Virus record (IMG/VR): IMGVR_UViG_3300036773_000058
Span: 1-36,389 of that record
DNA: 36,389 nucleotides
Source: a virus
Taxonomy: Duplodnaviria; Caudoviricetes
Strand: one strand, 5' to 3'
The notes beneath the pieces were generated by a model, which did not search any database, was not told the origin of the DNA, and saw nothing but the letters and a program-made list of their open reading frames with translations. A program made the position numbers and the translations under genes. This document shows positions 16,667 to 25,580 of the stretch, piece by piece (the first letter of the stretch is position 1; each line of letters opens with the position of its first letter).

Positions 16667-18789
16667 CCGCTTCTACGCAGACTGACGAGATGCCGATGTC
16701 CGAGCCGGACGAGCCCGTACCCGTGGACCAGGAGCCTGACCACAAGGTGACCGCGTTCACTCGCATCACCGCGCACCGCGAGGGTTCCAAGAAGCCGATC
16801 ATCGTCGACTGGATCCGCGATCCTGGGCAGCTTCTGCCCATCCTCCGCTGGGCACTGGGCTACGCCTGGCACATCACGTGGTACCAGGCGATTCGGATGC
16901 CCCTCTACGCCCTCAAGCTGGCCAGCAGGTCCCATGTCGGCGCCTGGCGGGTGCTGCGCCAGCTGGCCGGCTGGCTGAGGCACGACGAGAGCCGCGAACT
17001 GCGCAACGAAGCCGCGCTGCATGAAACGAAGCGAAACGAGGCGGCATATCGGGCGCTCAAGGCCGTCCAGATGAAAGAGCTGGAACGGCGGCGCAAGTGG
17101 GCCTGGCTGTTGACGATCCCGGCACTGGCCGTCGTGGTTGCGGTGTGGTTCTGGGTGCCGGGGTGGACGTTCTGGCCGGGCGTGGCTGCTGCGGTCGAGA
17201 TCCTGGGCTTCGTCGGGCGCAAGCCGGAGGTCCGTCTGACCTCCAAGGCCACCGTTCCTGCCCACCTTGCCCCGGTGCTGCGGATGGACGCGGTGGAACT
17301 GGCGCTGCGCAGCCTCGCATGCATCCCCAAGGGTGCGGCCATCGAGTTCCCCGACCCGATCATTCGGGACGGCCCCGGCTGGCTGGCCCGCGTGAACCTG
17401 CCCTTAGGCGTCACCCCGAGCATGGTGAATGCCAAGCGCGCGGAGCTGGCGTCCGGTTTGCGCCGCCCGTTGGGCTGCGTGTGGCCCGAGAGCGGTGCCG
17501 AGGAGCACGGTGGACTGCTCAAGCTGTGGGTCGGCTTCGAGGACATGGCCGTCGCGAGGCAGCCCGCCTGGCCGCTGCTCAAGGGTGAGGCGGACCTGTT
17601 CCGGCCCATCCCGTACGGCACTGACAAGCGCGCTCGCAAGGTCGGCGTCAATCTCTTCGAGAAGAACGTGCTGATTGGAGGGATCCCCGGTTCGGGAAAG
17701 ACGACCTCAGTCCTTACTTTGCTGTTGGCCGCCGCGTTGGACGTCACGGCTGAGCTGCACACCTGGGAGCTGAAGGGGTCCGGTGACCTGGCATCAGTGG
17801 AGGGGGTGTCGCACCGGTACGGATCCGGCATGGATGACGAGACGGTAGCGGCGTGTGTCGCCGACCTTCGGGAGATTCTGGCTGACCTGGAGAAGCGAGC
17901 CGCGACTGTCAGCCGGCTGGCCAAGGTCTCCCCCGAGTTGTTCTCTAACGGAAGGAAGACCAGCCGGCGGCTCGCGAACCGCCGCGACCTGGGGTTGCAC
18001 CCCGTCGTGTTCACCATCGACGAGTGCCAGAACCTGTTCTCTCACGAGACCTACGGCGCTGATGCGAAGCGCCTTTGCCTGAGCATCGTCAGGATGGGTC
18101 GCGCGTTCGGGGTGATTCTGATCCTTGCTACCCAGCGCCCCGACGCTGACGCACTGCCCACGGGGATCGCCGGAGTGGTGGGCGTTCGGATCTGCCTGCG
18201 AGTGAAGGACTCTCGGGGCAATAACGCGATCCTGGGCGAGGGCGCGTATTCGTCCGGGGTCAACGCAATGCTGTTCAAGGGCGAACGGAATCGAGGCGTC
18301 GGCTACATCGACGATGACACCGACGAGCCCGTTGTGGCGAAGGCTTACAACACCGTGCCTATCGCTGCCCAGGTGGGGGCGCGTGCCCGGAAGCTCCGCG
18401 AAGAGGCGGGGCGGCTTACCGGGTACGCCGCTGGCGTGCTCGATGACGACCCCAACGACAGCCTGATCTACGACCTGCTGGCCGACGTGAAGCGGGTCAT
18501 CAGCGAGGCGGATCGGGACTGGATGCACTCGGAGGAGATCGTCCGGGGGCTCGCCGAACTGCGCGAAGGGCACTACGGCGGCTGGAGCCCGGAGACGTTG
18601 GCGAAGAACCTCACGCCGCGCGGCGTGAAGACCGACCAGATCAACAGGGTGTGCCCGGATGGGGTGCGCCGCAACCTTCGTGGCGTCGAGTTGAGCCACG
18701 TAGCCAGGGCGATCGCAGCGCGTAACGGGGACAACGTTGTGCCGCTACATGTAGCAGGCCCGCCCGCTACGGGTAACACCGCTGTGTAG
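16663..18789 (+). CDS. traB: FtsK/SpoIIIE-family DNA translocase, TraB-like actinomycete conjugation protein
   Basis: N-terminal TM hairpin, LASGLRRPLGCVWP, Walker A GGIPGSGKT, Walker B VFTIDECQ, GRAFGVILILATQRP and a C-terminal wHTH-like region. Confidence 0.88.
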   Translation: MTASTQTDEMPMSEPDEPVPVDQEPDHKVTAFTRITAHREGSKKPIIVDWIRDPGQLLPILRWALGYAWHITWYQAIRMPLYALKLASRSHVGAWRVLRQLAGWLRHDESRELRNEAALHETKRNEAAYRALKAVQMKELERRRKWAWLLTIPALAVVVAVWFWVPGWTFWPGVAAAVEILGFVGRKPEVRLTSKATVPAHLAPVLRMDAVELALRSLACIPKGAAIEFPDPIIRDGPGWLARVNLPLGVTPSMVNAKRAELASGLRRPLGCVWPESGAEEHGGLLKLWVGFEDMAVARQPAWPLLKGEADLFRPIPYGTDKRARKVGVNLFEKNVLIGGIPGSGKTTSVLTLLLAAALDVTAELHTWELKGSGDLASVEGVSHRYGSGMDDETVAACVADLREILADLEKRAATVSRLAKVSPELFSNGRKTSRRLANRRDLGLHPVVFTIDECQNLFSHETYGADAKRLCLSIVRMGRAFGVILILATQRPDADALPTGIAGVVGVRICLRVKDSRGNNAILGEGAYSSGVNAMLFKGERNRGVGYIDDDTDEPVVAKAYNTVPIAAQVGARARKLREEAGRLTGYAAGVLDDDPNDSLIYDLLADVKRVISEADRDWMHSEEIVRGLAELREGHYGGWSPETLAKNLTPRGVKTDQINRVCPDGVRRNLRGVELSHVARAIAARNGDNVVPLHVAGPPATGNTAV

Positions 18790-18838
18790 CACCAGTGCAG
18801 GGCTCTGACCTGCGGTGTAGCAGGTGTATCACTTGGGC

Positions 18839-18884
18839 ACGGAGGGGTCTAAATCCGGCGAAAACCGGGTTTTGGCCCCTCTGT
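18839..18884 (+). terminator. 20-bp RNA hairpin after traB
   Basis: ACGGAGGGGTCTAAATCCGG-N6-CCGGGTTTTGGCCCCTCTGT pairs 19/20, including three G-U pairs that only form on the + strand. Confidence 0.65.
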
Positions 18885-18985
18885 CACTCTCAGTGAATTG
18901 ATCAAGGATCGCGCGGCGCGGCGCTGCACCGCCCGGTCGCCGGCAGGGTGCACCATTCAGCGGTGGATGAAATACGGAGCGTCGC

Positions 18986-19966
18986 GTGAAGATCTTCTTT
19001 TGGTCGGCTGACTCGTCAGGTTGCCGCTACTACCGGTGCGACCTCCCCGCCGCCGAGCTGGCCCGCCACGGGCACGAGACGCACGTCGCCGACCGAATGC
19101 CCGACGACTGGATGAACACCGCCGACGTGATCGTGGGCCAGCGAGTGTGCAACCCCGGCCCGACGTGGCGCTGGCAGCAGCTCGCCCGCGAAGGGCGTTG
19201 CGCACTGGTCTATGAGGTCGACGACGATCTCCTCGACATCGACCCGTCCAACGGCCCGGCGTGGGACTTTTTCACCAACCCGGAGATCCGCGCCAACGTG
19301 ATCCGCAATATCGAAGTCGCCGACCTCGTCACCGTGAGCACGGAACCGCTGGCCGAGTTGCTGAGCCGGTGGAATCGCAATGTGGTCATCCTGCCGAACT
19401 GCGTGCCGGCGTCGCTACTGGACGCCCCACACGCCGACGGGCCGAAAGGGCTCACCCTCGGGTGGTCCGGCGGAATGTCGCACAAACTGGATCTCGCTGA
19501 AGCACGCGACCCGGTGCGCCAGTTCCTGCGCCGCTACCCCGACGCTGGGCTGCACATCATGGGCCACGTCGATGACGACTTCTGCCGGGCGATGCCGAAG
19601 GAACGGCTGCACGTCACGAAGTGGGTTGACTCCGTGCCCGACTTCCACGCCGCTATCGACTTCGACGTGGCGCTCGCGCCGTTGCGCCCGTCGCCTTTCA
19701 ACCGCTCAAAGTCCGCGATCCGGTGCCTCGAAGCTGCCGCGCTAGGCATTCCCGTGATCGCCTCGGATTTCGGCCCGTACGCCGCCTTCGTGCAGCACGG
19801 GGTGACGGGTCTTCTGGTGAGCCGGCCGCACGAGTGGGGCAAGCACCTTCGGACCCTGCTCGATCCGTTCACCCGGCGGGAGATGGGGCGCCAGGCCCGC
19901 GAGCTGGCCGCCGACCACACCATCGAGGCCAACGTCGAGCTGTGGGAGAAGGCGCTAGTCGGATGA
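18986..19966 (+). CDS. Glycosyltransferase, GT-B fold (GT4-like)
   Basis: SGCRYYR, LVYEVDDD, LGWSGG.SH, DVALAPL...FNRSKS.IRCLEAAALGIPVIASDFGPY. Confidence 0.88.
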   Translation: MKIFFWSADSSGCRYYRCDLPAAELARHGHETHVADRMPDDWMNTADVIVGQRVCNPGPTWRWQQLAREGRCALVYEVDDDLLDIDPSNGPAWDFFTNPEIRANVIRNIEVADLVTVSTEPLAELLSRWNRNVVILPNCVPASLLDAPHADGPKGLTLGWSGGMSHKLDLAEARDPVRQFLRRYPDAGLHIMGHVDDDFCRAMPKERLHVTKWVDSVPDFHAAIDFDVALAPLRPSPFNRSKSAIRCLEAAALGIPVIASDFGPYAAFVQHGVTGLLVSRPHEWGKHLRTLLDPFTRREMGRQARELAADHTIEANVELWEKALVG

Positions 19967-20394
19967 TCGTCTACACCGGTGGCACGTTCGACCTGTTCCA
20001 CGCCGGCCACGCCTACCTGCTGTCCCAGTGCCGCAAGCTCGCCGGCCCGGACGGCAAGGTCGTGGTGGCCCTGAACACTGACCAGTTCGTCGCGGCCTAC
20101 AAGGGCCGGTCGCCGGTGGGTATCTACGCCGAACGGGAGGCGGTGCTGCTGGCCTGCCGTCACGTGGACGAGGTCGTGCGCAACGCCTTCGGCCAGGACT
20201 CCAAGCCGACCATCGAGGCTGCGAGGCCCGATGTGATCGCCATCGGGATCGACTGGGCGGGCAAGGACTACTACGCGCAGATGCAGTTCACGCAGCAGTG
20301 GCTCGACGACCGGGGGATCTCGCTGGTGTACCTGCCGCACCCCCGGCCGCTGTCCACGTCCGAGATCAAGAACCGAATCATGGAGACCACGTGA
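19963..20394 (+). CDS. Cytidylyltransferase (TagD/RfaE-like, HxGH family)
   Basis: YTGGTFDLFHAGH, VVVALNTD, GIDWAGK and LSTSEIK; ATGA overlap at 19963. Confidence 0.9.
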   Translation: MIVYTGGTFDLFHAGHAYLLSQCRKLAGPDGKVVVALNTDQFVAAYKGRSPVGIYAEREAVLLACRHVDEVVRNAFGQDSKPTIEAARPDVIAIGIDWAGKDYYAQMQFTQQWLDDRGISLVYLPHPRPLSTSEIKNRIMETT

Positions 20395-21050
20395 GCACCT
20401 GGGTACTGATCCCCTGCCACCGGCCACGGCTGGCTGACTTACGCGCCAGCCTGGCGCACCTCGGTTCGCACTTCCCTACTGCCGTGGTCACTACGAACCC
20501 GGAACCAATCGGCCCTGAGGATCTTCCCGACGTCGCGCTGCTGCGCTCCCCTGAGCCCGGCATCAACATCTCCCGGTGGTGGAACGTCGGGCTCGATTGG
20601 ATCGCGGAGCAGGAGCGCGACGGGCACGAGCCGTACGAGGTGCTGTGCATGGAGTCCGACGTGCGGATCACGTTCGAGACGCTGGCGCGGCTGCATCTGG
20701 CGTTGCGCATGAAGCGCCTCGCGATGGTCGGTGCCGACTGGTATGGGGTCGCGCAGGAACCGGTGGAGATCCGCCGCGACCTGGTGCCCGAGACGATCCA
20801 GCACCGGATCCCCGGCGTGTGCATGTTGGTGGCCGGTGAGTTGGGGCTGCGGTTCGATGAGCAGTTCCGTTGGTGGTACGCCGATGACGACTTCGAGTGG
20901 CAACACCGCAAAGCCGGGGGCACGGGGCTGGTGCGCGGCACGATGATCGGCCACGGGCCGGGCCGGGTGCTCACCGGCGAACTCGCCCAGTACGCGGCAG
21001 AGGACTACCAGCGGTTCGTGGCCAAGTGGGGAGCGTCGAACATCCGATGA
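20391..21050 (+). CDS. Glycosyltransferase, GT-A fold (GT2-like)
   Basis: VLIP start, NISRWWNVGL, a degenerate DxD (MESD) and RFDEQFRWWYADDD. Confidence 0.75.
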   Translation: MSTWVLIPCHRPRLADLRASLAHLGSHFPTAVVTTNPEPIGPEDLPDVALLRSPEPGINISRWWNVGLDWIAEQERDGHEPYEVLCMESDVRITFETLARLHLALRMKRLAMVGADWYGVAQEPVEIRRDLVPETIQHRIPGVCMLVAGELGLRFDEQFRWWYADDDFEWQHRKAGGTGLVRGTMIGHGPGRVLTGELAQYAAEDYQRFVAKWGASNIR

Positions 21051-21181
21051 AGCCACTACCACTGAAATACCGCGCTTTGGCACACGAACTCCGATGCTGG
21101 GAATGCCGCGCTAGCTGGCGATCATGGTTCCGTCGGCTGATCAACGATCCCCGTGGATGCAACCCAAGAGACTTCGGCTGA
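21047..21181 (+). CDS. 44-aa hypothetical peptide
   Basis: ATGA overlap; fills the gap between the GT genes; atypical composition. Confidence 0.3.
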   Translation: MKPLPLKYRALAHELRCWECRASWRSWFRRLINDPRGCNPRDFG

Positions 21182-21193
21182 CGTGGAGATTCG

Positions 21194-21775
21194 ATGAGCA
21201 GCGACATCACGGTGGTCATCGCCACCATCCCGATCAGAGCGAAGATGCTCCGCAAGGCCCTGGCGTCGGTGGTCCTCCAGACCTTCCAGCCGGCGGCGAT
21301 CGTCGTCGAGTACGACCATGAGCACACCGGCGCGGCGGCCACTAAGAACCGGGGCCTGGCGAAGGTCACCACGGGGTGGGTCGCGTTCCTCGATGACGAC
21401 GACCAGTTCATGCCGGAGCACCTGGGGAAGCTGCGGGAGGCGCAGCTCGACTCGGGCGCGGACGTCGTCTACTCCATGCCGTTTATCCCCCAGATTTCCG
21501 GTGGCATCGACCCGTCCGGGATGCGGGGTGCCCCGTTCGACCCGGACGAGCTGCGGCGCCGGTCCTACATCCAGACCACGTCACTGGTGCGCACGAAGCT
21601 CATGCAGTCCACGGGCGGCTTCCAGCTCCCCCGCCACGTCGAGTCCGACTATGACGATTGGGGTGCGTGGCTCGCTCTGCTCGACGCGGGTGCGGCGTTC
21701 TATCACTTGGCGGAGCAGACGTTCGTGTGGGAACACCACGGGAGGAACACTTCAGGCCGTGCTGACCGGTGGTAG
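21194..21775 (+). CDS. Glycosyltransferase family 2
   Basis: ITVVIAT, ALASVVLQT, GAAATKNRGL, WVAFLDDDD, GGF and DDWGAW. Confidence 0.9.
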   Translation: MSSDITVVIATIPIRAKMLRKALASVVLQTFQPAAIVVEYDHEHTGAAATKNRGLAKVTTGWVAFLDDDDQFMPEHLGKLREAQLDSGADVVYSMPFIPQISGGIDPSGMRGAPFDPDELRRRSYIQTTSLVRTKLMQSTGGFQLPRHVESDYDDWGAWLALLDAGAAFYHLAEQTFVWEHHGRNTSGRADRW

Positions 21776-21780
21776 GGCTA

Positions 21781-22002
21781 CTACCGACTACCACAAAGTG
21801 CACTCTCGAAGGATTTTTTTTGAGGGCGCAGAGTCGGTGCAGCGTCGCTGCCCTCCTGGATTGCGGCCAGCGCAGCCGCGCAGAGCGCAGCCCCCACCAG
21901 TAGTGCGAGCTGGCCTCCGTGAGGCGGTTCGGTAAGCCCGACAGACGATGAGTACGCCGCGCCCAGTGCTGCGAGCAGCACGGCGAGCGCACGGGAGGCC
22001 AT
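21781..22002 (-). CDS. Small two-TM membrane protein (holin-like candidate)
   Basis: Two hydrophobic segments and a charged C-terminus; TACGCT lies 7 nt before the ATG (leaderless pattern). Confidence 0.4.
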   Translation of the reverse strand: MASRALAVLLAALGAAYSSSVGLTEPPHGGQLALLVGAALCAAALAAIQEGSDAAPTLRPQKKSFESALCGSR

Positions 22003-22066
22003 GCGCGTGAGCGTACTTGGTAGGGTCGGGGCCGTTCCGGCGAGGCCGAGCACTTGGAGACCGACT

Positions 22067-22354
22067 ATGGCCACCGACGATGAGACAGACCACCGCGAGG
22101 TCGGGAGCCAGTTCGCAGAGCAGGCCGGGGTAGCTGCCTCGCGGTTCCCCGAAACTGAGGGCGCAGCCATGACGTGCGCGCTCCTCGCCATCTACCACGA
22201 GCTGCGCCATAACGATCTGAGCACGAAGATCGAGGAACTGACGGAGCAGGTTGGGGAGATAGTGTCCTGGCAACGGGAGAGGGATAGGACATCGTCGAGG
22301 ATCGCTTCGTCCGTCGACGATGTGAAAGATGCGATCTCCGCGCGGTGGCGATAG
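22067..22354 (+). CDS. Hypothetical coiled-coil protein
   Basis: GGAG RBS before MATDDETDH; ALLAIYHELR followed by a heptad region. Confidence 0.6.
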   Translation: MATDDETDHREVGSQFAEQAGVAASRFPETEGAAMTCALLAIYHELRHNDLSTKIEELTEQVGEIVSWQRERDRTSSRIASSVDDVKDAISARWR

Positions 22355-22394
22355 AAACACTGATGTGAATTGCCCGCAGAATCGCTTACAGCTC

Positions 22395-22429
22395 GCCCTG
22401 TACGGCCGTCTCCCGGCCTGTGCGGGGCG
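22395..22429. terminator. Hairpin between convergent genes
   Basis: CGCCCTGTAC-GGCCG...CGGCC-TGTGCGGGGCG. Confidence 0.45.
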
Positions 22430-22443
22430 TTCTGGTGTAAGGA

Positions 22444-23268
22444 CTAGGGCCGCAACCAGGCGAACCGAATGCTGTTGCCGCCGTTGAGTAAAACCGTGGA
22501 CCGGGCGACACCTTCGTCGTGCCAGAAGTTCAGATTCAGCACCGTCCCGGCCGAGAACCGGCTACAGATCGAGACGGCGAACTCCATCGCGTCAGTGCCG
22601 CCGCTGACGGCGAACTGCCCCCGGTAGCGAGTGGATCCGCCGTCGGGTCCAAGCCAGATGCCGTAGGACTTCCCGGCCACCGAGTTGCCGATGCGCACGC
22701 CACCCTCGACGGTCCACAGGCCGCCACGGTTGAGGGTGAACGCGGCATTGGAGATGGAGCCGGCCGTCGAGGTGCCCACGCTGACGTCCGCGCACGTGTA
22801 GGTGCCGGAGCCGAATCCCAGCGGGGTGTCGGTCGAGGTGGGGATGGACTGACCGCCGGTCGCCGTGTAGCACGCCTCGTGCAGCGTCGCCGAGGTGATG
22901 TCTACCGGGGCGTGCGTGTGCACGCTGGCGGCTTTGCCGGCCAAGTCGGTGACCAGACTGGTGACGTCCGACTCGGCGTGCGAGTGCACCAGCGGCGCCT
23001 TACCCCGCCCGTCGAGGACTCCCACCGCCCCGATGACGAGATAGGAGTTGCCCACGGGCAGCAGCACGACGCGGTCCCCTGCCTGGGGCGTGTAGCCGGC
23101 GTAGAGGTACGTCTTGCCCGACAGTGTCGCCTCACCGTCGAAGGTGATCTTTGGGTTGCCGGAGGTGTAGGCCGGGTCGACCGTGCCCAGCATTGGGGTC
23201 TGCACCGGGTACCGGGCAGCAGTGTGGCCAGCGACGGAGTCCAGGAAGTCCAGCGGGTCCATGACCAT
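22444..23268 (-). CDS. Tail tip/fibre (receptor-binding) protein
   Basis: N-terminal spike-like domain (YTPQAGDRVVL...YLVIG), HSH/HTH fibre repeats and a C-terminal C1q/TNF-like beta head. Confidence 0.75.
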   Translation of the reverse strand: MVMDPLDFLDSVAGHTAARYPVQTPMLGTVDPAYTSGNPKITFDGEATLSGKTYLYAGYTPQAGDRVVLLPVGNSYLVIGAVGVLDGRGKAPLVHSHAESDVTSLVTDLAGKAASVHTHAPVDITSATLHEACYTATGGQSIPTSTDTPLGFGSGTYTCADVSVGTSTAGSISNAAFTLNRGGLWTVEGGVRIGNSVAGKSYGIWLGPDGGSTRYRGQFAVSGGTDAMEFAVSICSRFSAGTVLNLNFWHDEGVARSTVLLNGGNSIRFAWLRP

Positions 23269-25574
23269 CAGACCGTCACCACCCGGCGAGCGTTGTGTTT
23301 CATGGTCGTTGCCACTCCGAGTTCCATCGTCCAGCCGTGCTCGGAGTACTGGGCGGCGATCGCCATCGGTGAGTACTCGATGCGGTACACGTCGTTGCCG
23401 GAGTGAATCGGCATCAGGCCGGTCTCGAATTGGATCGCCTCGTAGATCTGGGAGGCCTCGAAGGCTAGGCGCGACACCAGCGCGTCCAGGGATGCTTGAT
23501 CGGCCGCGTTCTGCTGGGTGCGGAAGTCCACGATGGTCCGCCCCCGCCGCACGGTGGACGTGGGGCTCGCGGGGTTGGTGTTGGTATAGGTCGACGACAG
23601 GGCCGACTGGTCAGGATTGGACACCACTAGCACCCACGAGTTGGGGATGGCGAACAGGTCCAGATCCTGGGTGACCGTCGGGAGCATCACGCTCACCGCG
23701 TTGTCGGCGTAGGTGTACTCCGAGGGCCGGGTCGAGGGCACCCGGTAGGGCCGCACGGTGGCGATGCCGTCCTCGTCGAAGGACAGCGACTCGTAGTTCA
23801 TCGCGTCCAGTAGCTCGTTGATGATTTTCAGCTTCGACGTGCCCGGTGGCCATTCCAGCGCTGCGGGCAGCACGGAGGCCGACGTGGTGATGTTCTTTGG
23901 CACCGACCCGAGCAGTGTCGACACCGCGTCGGTGTACTTCGTGGCGGCGGCCACTGTGTAGCGGGCTGTCACGAGGTCATCGGCGTACACCTGCCCGGCG
24001 TCGTAGGCCGTGACCGACCGCCAGCGGGTGCCGGTGGTGTCCGTGGTGCGCTGCGGGGAGGACAGCAGGAACACGCCCTGGGGCCACTCCACCCAGTCAT
24101 TCGGGCCGTACGGGGGGATGCGGAGCTGGATGTAGGGCTTGATGCGGTTCGACAGGAAGTCGACCTGATCAGTGTCTTTGAGCTGGAAGGTCGCCGTGCG
24201 CTTGATGTCGGCGAGCCAGTTCATGGTGACCGTGCACGCCTCCACGTCGGTGAGGTCGCCGATCTTGGCGTTGCTGGAGTCGAGCAGTTCGTAGCGGAAC
24301 GCGAACCGGCGTGAGCCGGGGACGGGCACCTGGCGGGGCACGGTGGCGAACCCGTCACTGGTCGTGCCGAGCTTGAGACCCCCAGCGCCGGTGACGAAGT
24401 GCGGCGGTGAGGTGAACAGGTCCGCTACCCCGCCCGCGAGCAGTCCCCCGGCGCCGGTGAACAGGTGCGCCGCGAGAGACAGGATGTCCGCGACCCCGCC
24501 CACCAGTGGGCCGCCCGCGCCCGTGAACGATCCGAGCACGGAGGGGAATGACCCCGAGGCCGCGCCCCCGGCGAGCAGTCCCCCGGCGCCGGTGAACAGG
24601 TGCGCGGGTGATGTGAACAGGTCTGCGACGCCACCGGCGAGCAGTCCGCCCGCGCCGGTCTTCGCGACGAGCACGACCGTGTTGGTGGTGATCACCACAG
24701 TGTCGGTGCCGGTCAGGGCGCCGGTGTCGGTGACGGTGAGGGTCAGGGTGATGTTGGCGCTGTCGCCGCTGCCTGGCACGGGGGCGACGAACGTCGGCGT
24801 GGACGTGCTGGCGCCGGTGAGGCTAGCCGTGGTCAGGGTCGTGCCGCCCGCGTTGGTGACCGTCCAGGCGTAGGTGATGCTGCTTTCGACGTCGCTGGAG
24901 CCGGTGCCGTCGAGGTGCACGGTGGCGCCGACGTTGACAGATTGGTCGGGGCCGGCGTTCGCAGTGGGGGCCGTGTTGGTGGTCGGGCGGAGTCCGATAG
25001 TTACTGCGCTGCCGCCGCCACTGCCCCCCGTGAAGGCGCTGGGGTCTTCGGTTGCCACGGTGTTGTTGCGGGAAGCGACCCGGAGGAAGGACCCCACGGA
25101 AACATTCGTGTAGCTAGTGGGGTCACCTGTGGGTGCGCCACCGAAGAGAGAGCAAATCGCGATCCATAGAGTGGTTGCGGAACCCCAACTTGGAGTGAGG
25201 GATGGCGGATTGAGCCCTGTAGCGGAGGTCATCGCGGGTGCGGTTGAGGAGTCAGCGCCTCTGATGTCGAGTACTACGCCCTCGTCAAGAGTCCAGCCGG
25301 TGCTGGGCGTGACGGATACTGATGTTGCGGCGCCGGTGCTGCCCGCAATGAGGTAGTAGACAACGAAATAGTCCGTGCTCGCTGTCGTGCCGGCCACGGA
25401 GCCAACCAGGGTCCACGAGACACCGTCCAGCGCCCCGATAGTGAGGGTTTTTGCCCCAGTCCCGTTGTAGACCGCCTGAATAAGCACGATGACATCGCCA
25501 GCATTGCGCGCGGGCACGCTGCGAGTACTGCCACCAGCGAGGGTGCCGACGGCATTTACTACCGGGAATGCCAC
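23268..25574 (-). CDS. Minor tail protein: N-terminal beta domain, PKD/Ig domain, Gly-rich repeats and C-terminal tail hub-like domain
   Basis: NTAPTANAGPDQ...LDGTGSSD PKD signature; five TGAGG repeats; the C-terminal ~350 aa has WPQGVF and IPNSWV. Confidence 0.75.
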   Translation of the reverse strand: MAFPVVNAVGTLAGGSTRSVPARNAGDVIVLIQAVYNGTGAKTLTIGALDGVSWTLVGSVAGTTASTDYFVVYYLIAGSTGAATSVSVTPSTGWTLDEGVVLDIRGADSSTAPAMTSATGLNPPSLTPSWGSATTLWIAICSLFGGAPTGDPTSYTNVSVGSFLRVASRNNTVATEDPSAFTGGSGGGSAVTIGLRPTTNTAPTANAGPDQSVNVGATVHLDGTGSSDVESSITYAWTVTNAGGTTLTTASLTGASTSTPTFVAPVPGSGDSANITLTLTVTDTGALTGTDTVVITTNTVVLVAKTGAGGLLAGGVADLFTSPAHLFTGAGGLLAGGAASGSFPSVLGSFTGAGGPLVGGVADILSLAAHLFTGAGGLLAGGVADLFTSPPHFVTGAGGLKLGTTSDGFATVPRQVPVPGSRRFAFRYELLDSSNAKIGDLTDVEACTVTMNWLADIKRTATFQLKDTDQVDFLSNRIKPYIQLRIPPYGPNDWVEWPQGVFLLSSPQRTTDTTGTRWRSVTAYDAGQVYADDLVTARYTVAAATKYTDAVSTLLGSVPKNITTSASVLPAALEWPPGTSKLKIINELLDAMNYESLSFDEDGIATVRPYRVPSTRPSEYTYADNAVSVMLPTVTQDLDLFAIPNSWVLVVSNPDQSALSSTYTNTNPASPTSTVRRGRTIVDFRTQQNAADQASLDALVSRLAFEASQIYEAIQFETGLMPIHSGNDVYRIEYSPMAIAAQYSEHGWTMELGVATTMKHNARRVVTV
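24365..24662 (-). repeat. Five ~22-23-codon tandem repeats (TGAGGLLAGGVADLFTSPxHLF)
   Basis: Visible in both the DNA and the translation. Confidence 0.85.
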
Positions 25575-25580
25575 GGCTTA

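Noticed and set aside
22444-25574. Diversity-generating retroelement acting on tail genes
   Set aside because: There is no reverse transcriptase, and no template/variable repeat pair differing at adenines.
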